A stretch of 64,000 nt of DNA from Squalus acanthias (Eukaryota), in assembly GCA_030390025.1 (NCBI GenBank), contig JASTWF010000350.1, forward strand, positions 124,001 to 188,000, in the 5' to 3' direction. Below the pieces are notes generated by a model, which had not been told where the DNA came from, ran no database searches, and saw only the letters and a program-made list of their open reading frames with translations. This document shows positions 1 to 13,362 of the stretch, piece after piece. Position 1 is the stretch's first letter; every line of letters begins with the position of its first letter. The position numbers and the translations under genes were made by a program.

Positions 1-3000
1 CAAGGCTACAGAAGAAGGCTGATGGGTGTACACACCCAAATGCTTAGTGTGCTGAGATGGTGCAGTCTGAAGCCGAGCCTTCTAGGCCCAGAGCTGCTCG
101 AGGTCGCCCTCCAAGACCATCTGCAGTCACCCCCAGTGAAAGTCAGCAGCCTTCCACCAGCCATGCTGCAGCCACTGCATAAGCACCTCGTAGGAGCACT
201 AGGAGAGGTAAAGGCACACAGAAGACAGGCACTAAGCAATGCATAGGGTGATTCGTTTATTTTTGAATGCATTATGTCATGATTGAATTTATAAAAATGG
301 ATAAGAATGTGCATTTTCCGGTGGTTTTCATTTTTGTGTTGTCAGATAGAAGACGATGTGATGGACAGTGACAGAGGAAAGGTAAGGAGTGTGGGACTGT
401 TGGTGGATGGGGAGGTGGGGTTGACATTACTGGTATCGCTCATTAATTATTTGATCACATAGAGCCTGGACAGAAAAGGGGCTGTCTACGTTGTAACCTC
501 CCTTCCTCTTGCTCCACCACTTCCTGCTGCACTTCCTCCTCCTTCTCCTCCACTCCCTCCTCCTGCTCCTCCACTCCTTCCTCCTTCTCCTCCTCTTCCT
601 CGTGCTCCTGCTCCTCAGCTTCTCGCCGGATAGCATAGAAGCATAGAAGATAGGAGCAGGAGTAGGCCATTCGGCCCTCGAGCCTGCTCCGCCATTTAAT
701 GAGATCATGGCTGATCATCCAAATTCAGTACCTTGTCCCTGCTTTCTCCCCATATCCCTTGATCCCTTTAGCCTTAAGAAATATATCTATCTCCTTCTTG
801 AAAATATTTAATGAATTGGCCTCAACTGCCTTCTGTGGTAGAGAATTCCACAGGTTCACCACTCTCTGGGTGAAGAAATTCCTCCTCATCTCAGTCCTAA
901 ATGGCTTACCCCTTATCCTTAGACTGTGACCCCTGGTTCTGGACTCCCCCGCCATCGGGAACAACCTTCCTGCATCTAATCTGTCTAGTCCTGTTAGAAT
1001 TTTATAAGTTTCAATGAGATCCCCTCTCATTCTTCTAAACTCTAGCGAATATAAACCTAATAGACCCAATCTCTCTCCATACGTCATTCCTGCCATCCCA
1101 GGTATCAGTCTGGTGAATCTTCGCTGCACTCCCTCCGTGGCAAGAACATCCTTCCTCAGATAAGGCGACCAAAACTGCACACAATACTCAAGGTGTGGTC
1201 TCACCAAGGTCCTGTACAACTGCAGCAAGACATCCTTGCTCCTGTACTCGAATCCTCTCGCTATGAAGGCCAACATACCATTTGCCTTCTTAACCGCCTG
1301 CTGCACCTGCATGCTTACCTTCAGCGACTGGTGCACAAGGACACCCAGGTCTCGTTGCACTTCCCCTTCTCCCAATCTATTGCCATTCAGATAATAAACT
1401 GTCTTCCTGTTTTTGTCACCGAAGTGGATAACCTCGTATTTATCTACATTAACTGCATTTGCCATGCATCTGCCCAATCACCCAACCTGTCCAAATCATA
1501 CTGGAGTTTCTCTGCATCCTCCTCACAGCACACACGCCCACCCAGCTTTGTGTCGTCTGCAAACTTGGAGATATTACATCTAGTTCCCTCGTCTAGATCA
1601 TTAATATATATTGTGAATAGCTGGGGTCCTGGCACCGATCCCTGCGGTACCCCACTAGTCACTGCCTGCCACTCGGAAACAGACCCGTTTATTCCAACTC
1701 TTTGCTTCCTGTCTGCCAACCAGTTCTCTATCCAAGATAGTACCTTACCCCCAATCCCGTGTGCTTTAACTTTACACGCTAATCTCTTATGCGGGACCTT
1801 TTAGAAAGCCTTCTGAAAGTCCAAATACACCACATCCACTGGTTCTCCCTTATCTATTCTACCAGTTACATCCTCAAAAAATTCCAGTAGATTAGTCAAG
1901 CATGATTTAACTTTTGTAAATCCATGTTGACTTTGTCCGATCCTGTCACTGTTTTCCAAGTGCTCTGCTATTACGTCTTTTATAATGGACTCTAGCATTT
2001 TGCCCACTACCGATGTCAGACTTACCAGTCTATAATTCCCCGTTTTCTCTCTACCACCTTTTTTAAATAGTGGGGTTACATTAGCTATCCTCCAATCCAT
2101 GGGAACTGTTCCAGAGTCCATAGAATTTTAGAAGATGACCAGCAATGCATCTACTATTTCTAGGGCCACTTCCTTAAGTACCCTAGGATGTAGATCATCA
2201 GGCCCTGGGGATTTATCGGCCTTCAATCCCATCAATTTCCCTAACACCATTTCCCTACAAATACTGATTTCATTAAATTCCTCCCTCTCATTAGACCCTA
2301 TGTTCCCCGACATCTCTGGGAGTTTATTTGTGTCCTCCTTTGTGAAGACAGAACCAAAGTATGTATTTAATTGGTCAGCCATTTCTTTGTTGCCCATTAT
2401 AAATTCCCCTGATTCTGACTGCAAGGGACCTACGCTTGACTTCACCAATCTTTTTCTCTTCACATATCTATAGAAGCTTTTACAGTCAGTTTTTATGTTC
2501 CCTGCAAGCTTACTCTCATACTCTATTTCCCCCCTCTTAATTAATCCCTTTGTCCTCCTTTGCTGAATCCTAAACTGCTCCCAATCCTCAGGTTTGCTGC
2601 TTTTTCTGGCCAAATTATATGTCCTGTTCTTGGATCTTATGCTATCCCTAATTTCCCTTGTTAGTCACGGTTGAGTCACTTTTTTTGTTTTATTTTTATG
2701 CCAAACAGGGATGAACTGCAAACTGCGAGATGTTGCTTAAATCTCCAGCAGCCTAGAAGGAGCCAGACGCATAAAAGCTAAGAGCCACGGTCACTTTGAC
2801 AGCCACAGTCAGTGCGTTGCTTGCCCTTCTTTGAAGTTGCTGTTGTGGCTGCAGCAGTTGGCAGATTTCAGCCATGACCTCTTTAGTGATGCGAAGACAT
2901 CTCAAGCATTGGTCCTTGCTGAAGTTGAGCTAAGAGAATTGCTCCCTAAAGACCCTGGGCGGATATGGTCTCCTGCCGAGAGCCCTCCTCCTCCTTCCTG

Positions 3001-3571
3001 TTCCAGCAGCTTGTCCTGCTCTGCATGGCCTCTCTTCATTCTCCAAGCCATGCTTAATTCCAAGAGGAAGGCCATGTCTGGAAGCAACTTGCTTCAGCAC
3101 AAGATTTTAAATGGACAGAAAAGTACTTCAGCACCAGCCAGACCACTCCCTGTAGACTATTGAAACTTTAGACAAGTATAGGAAAGCTCCAAAAATACAT
3201 ACAATTGCACCAGCAGCCAGAAGAAATAATCCAGCACCTAACCTGTAAATAGTTCATGATCCCTTTAAATAGCGTTGGTCCTTCATGACGTTTAACGTCA
3301 TATTCAGCTGTGCGAGGTTAAGACAAGGCATAGGCTGGAACGTGGCCTTCGAAAATGGCAGCGCCAGCTTCAAATCAGCGTTGGACACTGATTGACGTCA
3401 TGATCTACCTGCTCTGCATGCTGCCAACGTTCGTTAGGTGTGCGTGTGCAAACCGCTTTACCAAGATGGCGTCTGGCACACTTCCTGTGGCATATCGGAC
3501 CCTATTTTCGAGTGTTAGGAGGCCACATAGTGCCTAAAGAATGGGCGCTACAGAGCCCAATTTAGCCCCCC
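1..3571. mobile_element. Degenerate Harbinger/PIF element, right part (Myb-gene 3' end on +, transposase remnants on -), interrupted by a CR1
   Basis: Minus strand ~3000-2712 reads like the N-terminus of the intact transposase at 19515 (RRPYPPRVFREQFSY...VAVKVTVALSFYASGSF...NISQFAVH). Acidic C-terminal tail at 427-620. End motif GGCGCTACAGAGCCCAATTTAGCCCCCC (~3544-3571) matches the termini of the 57979-59085 element. Confidence 0.8.
631..2716 (-). mobile_element. 5'-truncated CR1 LINE (RT region with stops and frameshifts)
   Basis: ORF pieces with GVPQGSV, FADD and LEYCVQFWSP motifs; 3' tail (TTCTATGC)n at ~631-650. Confidence 0.95.
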
Positions 3572-3574
3572 TTA

Positions 3575-4125
3575 GGAAGTTATACTAAACCTTTATAAAT
3601 CGCTGGTTAGGCCTCAGCTGTCCAATTGTGGGCACCATACTTTCGTACAGAGTACAGAGGAGATTTACTGGAATGGTACCAGGGATGAGGGACTTCAGTT
3701 ACGTGGAGAGACCAGAGAAGCTGGGTTTGTTCTCCTTAGAGCCCAGAAGGTTAAGGGGAGACTTAATAGAGGTGCTCAAAATCATGAGGGGTCTAGACAG
3801 TGTAGATAGAGAGAATGTTTCCACTGGCAGAAGGGTCGGTAATTAAATATAATTAGCGAAAAAGCCAGAGGGGAGACAAGGACATTTTTTTTACGCAGTG
3901 AGTTGTTGTGATCTGGAATACACTGCCTGAAAGGGCGGTGGAAGCAGATTCAACAGTAACTTTCAAAAGGGAATTGGATAAATACTTAAAAAAAGAAACA
4001 TTTCCAGGGCGATGGGGAAAGAGCCAGGGGAGTGGAATTAATTGGACAGCTCTTCCAAAGAGCCAGCATGGGCACAACGGGCCGAATGGCCTCCTTCTGT
4101 GCTGTCTGATTCTATGATTCTATGT
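3575..4125 (+). mobile_element. Old CR1 3' fragment
   Basis: RVQRRFTGMVPG...RRLRGDLIEV; ends in TGATTCTATGATTCTATG. Confidence 0.85.
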
Positions 4126-4860
4126 ATTTTCGTCGTTAAAGCCGGATTTGGAACCAGGCATCTGAGATTGACCAGACACAGGCCTGTGGTCTCTCATTCT
4201 CAACTGTCCTCCTCTCACGTGCCAGGCTGTTCTTCAGCCCCTGTTCTGTCTGGCTCAGGTAGATGGAGTTCCTGGGAGCACCCGAGCTTGAAGAAAACAT
4301 CATCATAAACCTGCTGGGGCAGCGAATAACGCTGAATGACTTTTAATAATAAATACACGGGTTCAGAGTACCCTTCCAACGTAAATTATCAGCGGACTGG
4401 AGCATCTATCAATGATTTTATCGCGGACCTGCCTGTAAAATGATTAAAGGTGGTAGTTTTAGTGCAGGATTGCGGCAGCATACCTGATAAAGACCGTGTT
4501 GTCTGCTTGACGGGAGTGTACTCTGATCCGACAGGTTAAAGGAGCGAGGCATGCCCAGCTGATTCAGCACTTGGAGCCAACCTCTGACCTGCTCTCTCAT
4601 CTGTGTCAGCTCTTTAAAGGCCACAACTCCCCAAAAAATAAAACCAAAGTCTGCAGACTGTGACCCACAATTCTATTCTCTGGGGTGCGGCTAAAGACCG
4701 CAGAGTGGCACTAGGGTCGCCAACCCTCGAGGATTGTCGTGGAGTCGCCAGGAATGAAAGACTGATCCCTAGGACACTGCCGAGAGCAAACAACCCAGGG
4801 GGAAAATCACAGGGACATTAAAAGTATTGTGTTGTTTTTAATTTTCTTTGAACACTTTCT

Positions 4861-7783
4861 AAAGGGTGTTAATAAAACAAGCCTAAAGGCTCTGTGTCTT
4901 AATGCAAGGAGTATCCGTAATAAGGTGGATGAATTGACTGTGCAAATTGATGTTAACGGATATGATGTGATTGGGATTACAGAGACGTGGCTCCAGAACA
5001 ATCAAGGCTGGGAACTGAACATCCAGGGGTATTCAACATTCAGGAAGGATAGAATAAAAGGAAAAGGGGGTGGGGTAGCATTGCTGGTTAAAAAGGAGAT
5101 TAATGCAATAGCTAGGAAGGACATTAGCTTGGAGGATGTGGAATCAATATGGGTTGAGCTGCAGAACACCAAAGGGCAGAAAACGTTAGTGGGGGTTGTG
5201 TACAGACCTCCAAACAGTAGTAGTGAGGTGGGGGAGGGTATGAAACAGGAAATCAGAGGTGCATGCAAAAAAGGCGCAGCAGTTATCATGGGTGACTTTA
5301 ATATGCATATAGATTGGGCTACTCAAACTGGAAGCAATACGGTGGAGGAGGATTTCCTAGAGTGTTTAAGGGATGGTTTCCTAAACCAATATGTTGAGGA
5401 ACCAACTAGAGGGGAGGCCATCCTGGACTGGGTGTTGTGTAATGAGGAAGGACTAATCAGCAATCTTGTGGTGCGAGGCCCCTTGGGGAAGAGTGACCAT
5501 AGTATGGTGGAGTTCTACATTAGGATGGAGAAGGAAACAGTTAATTCAGAGACCATAGTCCAGAACTTAAATAAGGGCAACTTTGAGGGTATGAGGCGTG
5601 AATTGGCGAGGTTAGATTGGCAAGCGATATTTAAGGGGTTATCAGTGGAAGGGCAATGGCAGACATTTAGAGATCGCATGGATGAACTACAGCAATTGTA
5701 CATCCCTGTCTGGTGTAAAAATAAAAAAGGGAAGGTGGCTCAACCATGGCTAACAAGGGAAATCAGGGATAGTATTAAAAGCAAGGAAGTGGCATACAAA
5801 TTAGCCAGAAGTAGCAGCAAACCCGGGGACTGGGAAAACTTTAAAACTCAGCAGTGGAGGACGAAGGGTTTGATTAGGGCAGGGAAAATAAAATATGAAA
5901 GGAAGCTTGCGGAGAACATTAAAACGGACTGCAAAAGCTTCTATAAATATGTAAAAAGAAAGAGGTTAGTAAAAACAAACGTAGGTCCCCTGCAGTCAGA
6001 AACAGGGGAAGTCATAATGGGGAACAAAGAAATGGCAGATCAATTGAACAAGTACTTTGGTTCGGTGTTTACTGTGGAGGACACAAACAACCTTCCGGAA
6101 ATAAAAGAGATCAAAGGATCTGGTAAGAGGGAGGAGCTGAGGGAAATCCTTATCAGTCAGGAAAAGGTGTTGGGGAAATTGATGGGACTAAATGAAGGCT
6201 GATAAATCCCCAGGGCCTGATGGTCTGCATCCCAGAGTACTTAAGGAGGTGGCCTTGGAAACAGTGGATGCATTGACGATCATTTTCCAACATTCCTTAG
6301 ACTCTGAATCAGTTCCGAAGGAGTGGAGGGTGGCTAATGTAACCCCTCTTTTTAAAAAAGGAGGGAGGGAGAAAGCAGGGAATTATAGACCGGTCAGCCT
6401 GACATCGGTGGTGGGTAAAATGATGGAATCAATTATTAAAGATGTCATAACAGACCATTTGGAAAGTGGCGACATGATAGGTCTAAGTCAGCATGGATTT
6501 GTGAAAGGGAAATCATGCTTGACAAATCTTCTGGAATTTTTTGAGGATGTTTCCAATAGGGTGGATGGGGAGGAACCAGTAGATGTGGTGTATTTGGACT
6601 TTCAGAAGGCCTTCGACAAGGTCCCACACAAGAGATTGGTGTGCAAAGTTAAAGCACATGGGATTGGGGGTAATGTGTTGACGTGGATTGAGAACTGGTT
6701 GGCACACAGGAAACAAAGAGTAGGAGTAAATGGGTACTTTTCAGAATGGCAGGCAGTGACCAGCGGGGTACCGCAGGGTTCGGTGCTGGGCCCCAGCTGT
6801 TTACATTATATATTAATGATTTGGACGAAGGGATTAATTGTAATATCTCCAAATTTGCGGATGACACTAAATTGGGAGGCAGTGTGAACAATGAGGAGGA
6901 TGCTAGGAGGCTACAGAGTGACTTGGACAGGTTGGGTGAATGGGCAAATGTATGGCAGATGAAGTACAATGTGGATAAATGTGAGGTTATCCACTTTGGT
7001 GGTAAAAATAGGGAGGCAGACTATTACCTGAATGGTGGCAGATTAGGGAAAGGGGAGGTGCAACGAGACCTGGGCGTCATGGTACATCAGTCACTGACGG
7101 TGGGAAGGCAAGTGCAGCAGGCAGTCAAGAAAGCAAATGGCATGATGGCCTTCATAGCAAGGGGATTTGAGTACAGGAGTAGGGAGGTGATGCTACAGTT
7201 GTACAGGGCCTCGGTGAGGCCACACCTGGAGTATTGTGTGCAGTTTTGGTCTCCTAACTTGAGGAAGGACATTCTTGCTATTGAGGGAGTGCAACGAAGG
7301 TTCACTAGATTGATTCCTGGGATGGCCAGACTGACATATCAAGAAAGACTGGATCAACTGAACTTGTATCCTCTGGAGTTCAGAAGAATGAGGGGGGATC
7401 TTATAGAGACGTTTAAAATCCTGACTGGTTTAGACAAATTAGATGCGGGCAGAATGTTTCCAATGTTAGGGAAAACTAAAACCAGGGGTCACAGTCTAAG
7501 CATAAAGGGGAAGCCATTTAAGACTGAGATGAGGAGGAACTTCTTCACCCAGAGAGTGGTGAATCTGTGGAATTCTCTACCACAGAAGGTTGTTGAGGCC
7601 AGTTCGCTAAATATATTCAAAAGGGAGTTAGATATAATACTCACAACTAGGGGGATCAAGGGGTATGGCGAGAAAGCAGGAATGGGGTACTGAGGTAGCA
7701 TGTTCAGCCATGAACGCATTGAATGGCGGTGCAGGCTCGAAGGACCGAATGGTCTACTCCTGCACCTATTTTCTATGTTTCTA
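4861..7783 (+). mobile_element. CR1 LINE, near-complete ORF2 (APE endonuclease + RT) broken by two frameshifts (~6192, ~6793)
   Basis: NARSIRNK, TETWL, GDFN and SDH endonuclease motifs; [12 protein letters not shown] and FADD RT motifs; TTCTATGTTTCTA tail. Confidence 0.95.
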
Positions 7784-7800
7784 TTAGTTTCATTTATTAC

Positions 7801-8135
7801 GGGAGCGGTGGGATAGTGGTTAAGTTACTGGAATAGTAATCCAGAGGCCTGGACTAATGACCCGGAGACGTGAGTTCAAATCCCATGATTCAGCACTCGG
7901 AGCTGATTCAGTTAATTCAGTTAATTGAATAAATCTGGAATAAAAAGCTAGTATCATTAATGGTGATCATGAAACTACCGGATTGTCGTAGAATCCCATC
8001 TGGTTTACTAATGTCCTTTAGGGAAAGAAATCTACCGTCCTTACCTGGTCTGGCCTATATGCGACTCCAGACCCACAGCAATGTGGTTGACTCTTAACTG
8101 CCCTCTGAAATGGCCTAGCAAGCCACTCAGTTGTA
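7801..8135 (+). mobile_element. tRNA-derived SINE-like head with Pol III A and B boxes
   Basis: A-box-like TGGGATAGTGG (7809-7819), anticodon-like stem CTGGA-N7-TCCAG, B box GAGTTCAAATCCC (7872-7884). Confidence 0.75.
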
Positions 8136-10064
8136 ACAAAGTGCTATGAAACACAATAATAAGAATGAAACCGGACGGACCACCCGGCATCGACCTATTC
8201 ACTGGCTTCGGACTTGACAACGGCACACCCAGCCCAGTCGACACTGCAAAGTCCTTGTGCCAAAATTTGGAGAGCAGTTCCACAGACTAGTCAAGCAACA
8301 GCATGACATAGTCATACTCACAGAATCATACCTTTCAGCCAATGTCCCAAACTCCTCCATCACCATCACCATCCCGGGGTATGTCCTGTTCCACCGGCAG
8401 GACAGATCCACCATGTGGTGGCACAGTGATATAAAATCGGGAGGGAGTGGCCCTGGGAGTCCTCAACATTGACTCCAGAACCCATGAAGTCTCATGGCTT
8501 CAGGTCAAGCATGGGCAAGGAAACCTCCTGCTGATTACCACCTACCACCCTCCCTCAGCTGATGAATCAGTACTCCTTCATGTTGAACACCACTTGGAAG
8601 AAGCACTGAGAGTAGCAAGGGCACAGATTGTACTCTGGGTGGGGGAATTCAATGTCCATCACCAATAGTGGCTCGGTAGCACCACTACTGACCAAGCTGG
8701 TCGAGTCCTGAAGGACATAACTGCCAGTCTGGGCCTGTGACAGGTGGTGAGAGAACCAACACGAGGGAAAAACCTACTTGACCTCGTCCTCACCAATCTA
8801 CCTGTCACAGATGCATCTGTCCATGACAGTATTGGTAGCAGTGACCACCGCACAGTCATTGTGGAGACGAAGTCCCGTCTTCACACTGAGGACACCCTCC
8901 ATCGTGTTGTAAGGCACTACCACCGTGCTAAATGGGATAGATTCAGAACAGATATAGCAGCTCAAAACTGGGCATCCATGAGGCGCTGTGGGTCATCAGC
9001 AGCAGCAGAATTGTATTCCACCACAATCTGTAACCTCATGGCCCGGCATATCCCTCACTCTACCATTACCATCAAGCCAGGGGACCAACCTTGGTTCAAT
9101 GAGGATTGTAGAAGAGCATGCCAGGAGCAGCACCAGGCGTACCTAAAAATGAGGTGCCAACCTGGGGAAGCTGCAACACAGGACTACATGCATGCTAAAA
9201 AGCGGAAGCATCATGCTATAGACAGGGCTAAGCGATCCCACAATCAACGGATCAGATCAAAGCTCTGCAGTCCTGCCACATCCAGTCGTGAATTGTGGTG
9301 CACAATTAAACAACTAACTGGAGGAGGAGGCTCCATGAATATCCCCATCCTCAATGATGACAGAGCCCAGCACGTGAGTACAAAAGACAAAGCTGAAGTG
9401 TTTGCAACCGACTTCAGCCAGAAGTACCAAGTGGATGATCCATATTGACCTACTCCCGAGGTCCCCACCATCACAGAAGCCAGTCTTCAGCCAATTCGAT
9501 TCACTCCACGTGATATCAAGAAACGGCTGAGCGCACTGGATACAGCAAAGGCTATGGGCCCCGAGAACATCCTGGCTATTGTGCTGAAGACTTGTGCTCC
9601 AGAAGTAGCCACGCCTCTAGCCAAGCTGTCCCAGTACAGTTACAACACTGGCATTTATCTGACAATGTGGAAAACTGCCCAGGTATGTCCTGTCCACAAA
9701 AAGTAGGACAAATCCAACCCGGCCAATTATCGTCCCATCAGCCTACTCTCAACCATCAGCAAAGTGAGCGGACTTCCTGCGAGGGGGACAGTCGGCAAGT
9801 GACACAACGAAGCAGTGACGTCAGAATTCAAAGGTGTCGCTGGCACAAGGGAGTGGAGGGTGAGTATTTGTGGTAAGTTTTTTTTTGTTCTGTTTTGAGT
9901 ATATTTCTGCTAAGTAGTTCAAAGCCTTTCTAATAGAGGGAAGTGCTGATTGGTGGGCAGCTGTTGAGTGTTTCTTGTTAAGGTTTAAGTTCATTTCTGC
10001 TAAATTACCTGCATAGTCTAGTAAATAGAGGCATGGCAGGGCAGCGATTTGCACATCCTGTGCC

Positions 10065-10973
10065 ATGTGGGAAATCCTGGACGCTTCTTGCAGCCTGGAC
10101 GACCACGTGTGCAGGAAGTGTCGCCAACTGCAGCAACACGAGCTCCGGGTTTCGGAGCTTGAGCGGCAGCTGAAGTCACTACATTGCATCCGTGAGGCTG
10201 AGAAATACTTGGAAAGCACGTTTATAGAAGTGGTCACCCCACAGCCTCAGAATGTGCAGGCAGAGAGGGAATGGGTGACCACCAGACAGAGAAGGAGGAC
10301 CAGGCAGGTAGAGCAGGAATCCCCAGAGTGCATCTCGCTCACTAACTGGTTCACAGTTCTGGAAACTGGTGGGGGTGATGGTTCCCCTGGGGAGAACAGC
10401 CAGAGCCAAGGCCACGGCACCACAGGTGGCTCAGTTGCACAGGGGGAGAGGAAGAAGAGTGGAAGAGCAATAGTGATAGGGGATTCATTGGTTAGGGGAG
10501 CAGATAGGCATTTCTGTGGACGCAGACGTGACTCCAGGGTGGTATGTTGCCTCCCTGGTGCCAGGGTCAAGGATGTCACTGAGCGGCTGCAGGACACTCT
10601 GAGGGGGAAGGGTGAACAGCCAGAGGTCCTTGTCCATATCGGTACCAACGACATAGGCAGAAAGAGGGATGAGGTCCTACAGGCAGATTATAGGGAGCTA
10701 GGAAAGAGATTAAAAAGCAGGACCTCAAAGGTAGTAATCTCCAGATTACTCCTGGTGCCACGTGAAAGTGAGTACAGGAAAAGGAGGATAGAACAGATGA
10801 ATGCGTGGCTGGAAAGATGGTGCAGGAGGGAGGGTTTTAGATTCCTGAAGCATTGGGACCATTTCTGGGGAAGGTGGGACCTGTACAAGCCGGACGGGTT
10901 ACACCTCAACAGAGCCGGGACCAATATTCTCGCGGGGAGGTTTGCAAGTGCTGTTCGGGAGGGTTTAAACTAG
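10065..10973 (+). CDS. CR1 ORF1p (CxxC zinc motifs, coiled coil, SGNH/GDSL esterase domain); true start probably ATG 10033, now out of frame
   Basis: CTSC upstream and CRKC; esterase blocks VIGDSLVRG, HIGTND, DGLHLN. Confidence 0.85.
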   Translation: MWEILDASCSLDDHVCRKCRQLQQHELRVSELERQLKSLHCIREAEKYLESTFIEVVTPQPQNVQAEREWVTTRQRRRTRQVEQESPECISLTNWFTVLETGGGDGSPGENSQSQGHGTTGGSVAQGERKKSGRAIVIGDSLVRGADRHFCGRRRDSRVVCCLPGARVKDVTERLQDTLRGKGEQPEVLVHIGTNDIGRKRDEVLQADYRELGKRLKSRTSKVVISRLLLVPRESEYRKRRIEQMNAWLERWCRREGFRFLKHWDHFWGRWDLYKPDGLHLNRAGTNILAGRFASAVREGLN

Positions 10974-12259
10974 CTTGGCAGGGGGATGGGCACCAGCATA
11001 AAGGAGTAGAAAAGAGGAATAAGGTGCATAAAAGAGTGAGTGTGTTGGATAGTACTAGAGAAGAAAGTAGTATGAGAGGCGGAAGTAGTGCTATATTAGA
11101 TAGGAGCAGACTAAGAAAGACTACGAAAAATTCAAAAGTGGATTTAGAATGTATGTACGTAAACGCACAAAGTGTGGTGAATAAAGTTGGTGAGCTACAA
11201 GCACAATTAGCAATATGATGTTGTGGCAATAACGGAAACATGGCTTAAAAACGGTGAGGACTGGGCACTTAAAATTCAAGAGTACAAGGTGTTCAGAAAA
11301 GATAGGGAAGGAAAAAAGGGAGGTGGGGTGGCAGTGCTGATTAAGGAAGACATTGCAGTGTTGGAAAGGGAGGATGTTCTTGAGGGGACAAGGACAGAAT
11401 CCATTTGGTTAGAGTTGAGGAGTAAAAAGGGTATGATCACGCTATTGGGGGTATTCTACAGGCCTCCAAATAGTGAGAGGGAGGTAGAGGAGCAAATCTG
11501 CAGGGAAATCAAGAGCTATAGAGTGGTGATATTGGGGGACTTCCAATACCTAAATATCGATTGGGATAATGCTAGGGTAAAGGGAAAGGAAGAGGAGGAA
11601 TTTCTGAAATGTGTTCAGGAGAATTTCCTTCACCAGTATGTTCTTGTCCCAACTAGGAAGGAGGCATTGCTGGATCTGGTGCTGGGGAATGAGGTGGGCC
11701 AGGTCGACCAAGTGTCTGTGGGAGAACACTTGGGTACGAGTGATCATCGTATCATAAGATTTAGATTAGCAATGGAGAAGAGCAAGGAACAATCTAGAGT
11801 GGAACTTCTAAACTGGAATAGGGCTAACTTCAATGGATGAGAAAGGATCTAGCCAGGGTAAAATGGAACCAAAGACTGACAGGAAAAACTGTAACGGAAC
11901 AATGGGTGATCTTTAAGGAGGATATGTTCCAAGTACAGGCTAGGTACATTCCAACAAGAGGGAGGGGTAAGGGAACCAAAGCAAGGGCTCCTTGGATGAC
12001 AAAGGAGATAGAGAAGGTGATGAAACAAAAAAAAGAGGGTGCATGATGCATGTCAGGTGAATTCTTCAAGGGAGAACCAGACCAAATACAATAAGTTGAG
12101 AGGGGAAGTGAAGATGAAAATAAGATTGGCAAAGAGAGAATATGAGAGTAGAATGGCGGTTAACATAAAAGGGAACCCAAAAATCTTCTACTGGCATGTA
12201 AACAGTAAGCAGGTAGTAAGAGGCGGGGTGGGGCCTATTAGAGACAAAGAAGGTGATAT

Positions 12260-13362
12260 TTGGATTCAAAACTGGCTCGGAGGCAGGAAGCAGAGGGTAA
12301 TGGTTGATGGGTGTTTTTGTGACTGGAAGGCTGTTTCCAGTGGGGTTCCGCGGGGCTAAGTACTAGGTCCCTTGCATTTTGTGGTATATATCAATGATCT
12401 AGACTTGAATATAGGGGGTATGATTAAGAAGTTTGCAGATGATACTAAAATCGGCTGTGTGGTTGATACTGATGAAGGAAGCTGTAGACTGCAGGAAGAT
12501 ATCAATAAATTGGTCAGGTGGGCAGAACAGTGGCAAATGGAATTCAATCTGGAGAAGTGTGAGGTAATGCATTTAGGGAGGGCTAACAAGGAAAGAGAAT
12601 ACACATTAAATGGTAGGACACTGAATAATGTAGAGGAACAAAGGGACCTTGGAGTGCATGTCCACAGATCCCTGAAGTTAGCAGGCCAAGTAGATAAGGT
12701 GGTTAAGAAGGCATACGGAATGCTTGCCTTTATTAGCCGTGGCATAGAATACAAGAGCAGGGGGGTTATGCTTCAACTGTATAAAACACTAGTTAGGCCT
12801 CAGCTAGAGTACTGCGTGCAGTTCTGGTCACCACATTACAGGAAAGATGTGATTGCACTAGAGAGGGTACAGAGGAGATTTACAAGGATGTTGCCGGGAG
12901 TAGAGAATCTTAGCTATGAGGAAAGACTGGATAGGCTGGGTCTGTTTTCCTTGGAACAGAGGAGGCTGAGGGGAGACCTTATTGAGGTGTATAAAATTAT
13001 GAGGGGCATAGATAAAGTGGATAGAAAGGACCTATTTCCCTTAGCAGAGGGGTGAAAAACCAGGGGGCACAGATTTAAAGTAATTGGTGGAAGGTTTAGA
13101 GGGGATTTGAGGGGAAATTTCTTCACCCAGAGGGTTGTGGGGGTCTGAAACTCACTGCCTGAAAGGGTGGTAGAGGCAGGAACCCTAACCACATTTAGAA
13201 ATTACTTGGATGTGCACTTGGGATGCTCTAACCTGCAGGGCTATGGACCAAGAGCTGCGAAGTGGGATTAGGCTGGATAGCTCTTTGTTGGCCGGTGCGG
13301 ACACGATGGGCCAAAATGGCCTCCTTCCGTGCTGTAACTTTCTATGATTCTATGATTCTATG
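12260..13362 (+). mobile_element. Nested 5'-truncated CR1
   Basis: Starts mid-RT (WIQNWLGGRKQRV) and ends in (TTCTATGA)3, after which the outer ORF2 resumes. Confidence 0.9.

Noticed and set aside
1193..1804. Antisense ORFs over CR1 RT regions (also 47830-48357 and others)
   Set aside because: Shadow frames of RT coding sequence with no independent support.
4130..4315. Possible minus-strand host exon after a CAG acceptor
   Set aside because: No recognisable protein in any frame and no partner exons.
4712..4860. TAGGGTCGCCAAC end resembling a non-autonomous DNA transposon
   Set aside because: No second terminus or TSD found, so it cannot be supported as a feature.
7801..7890. Functional tRNA gene
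   Set aside because: No clear acceptor stem or T-run terminator; continues into retroelement sequence.
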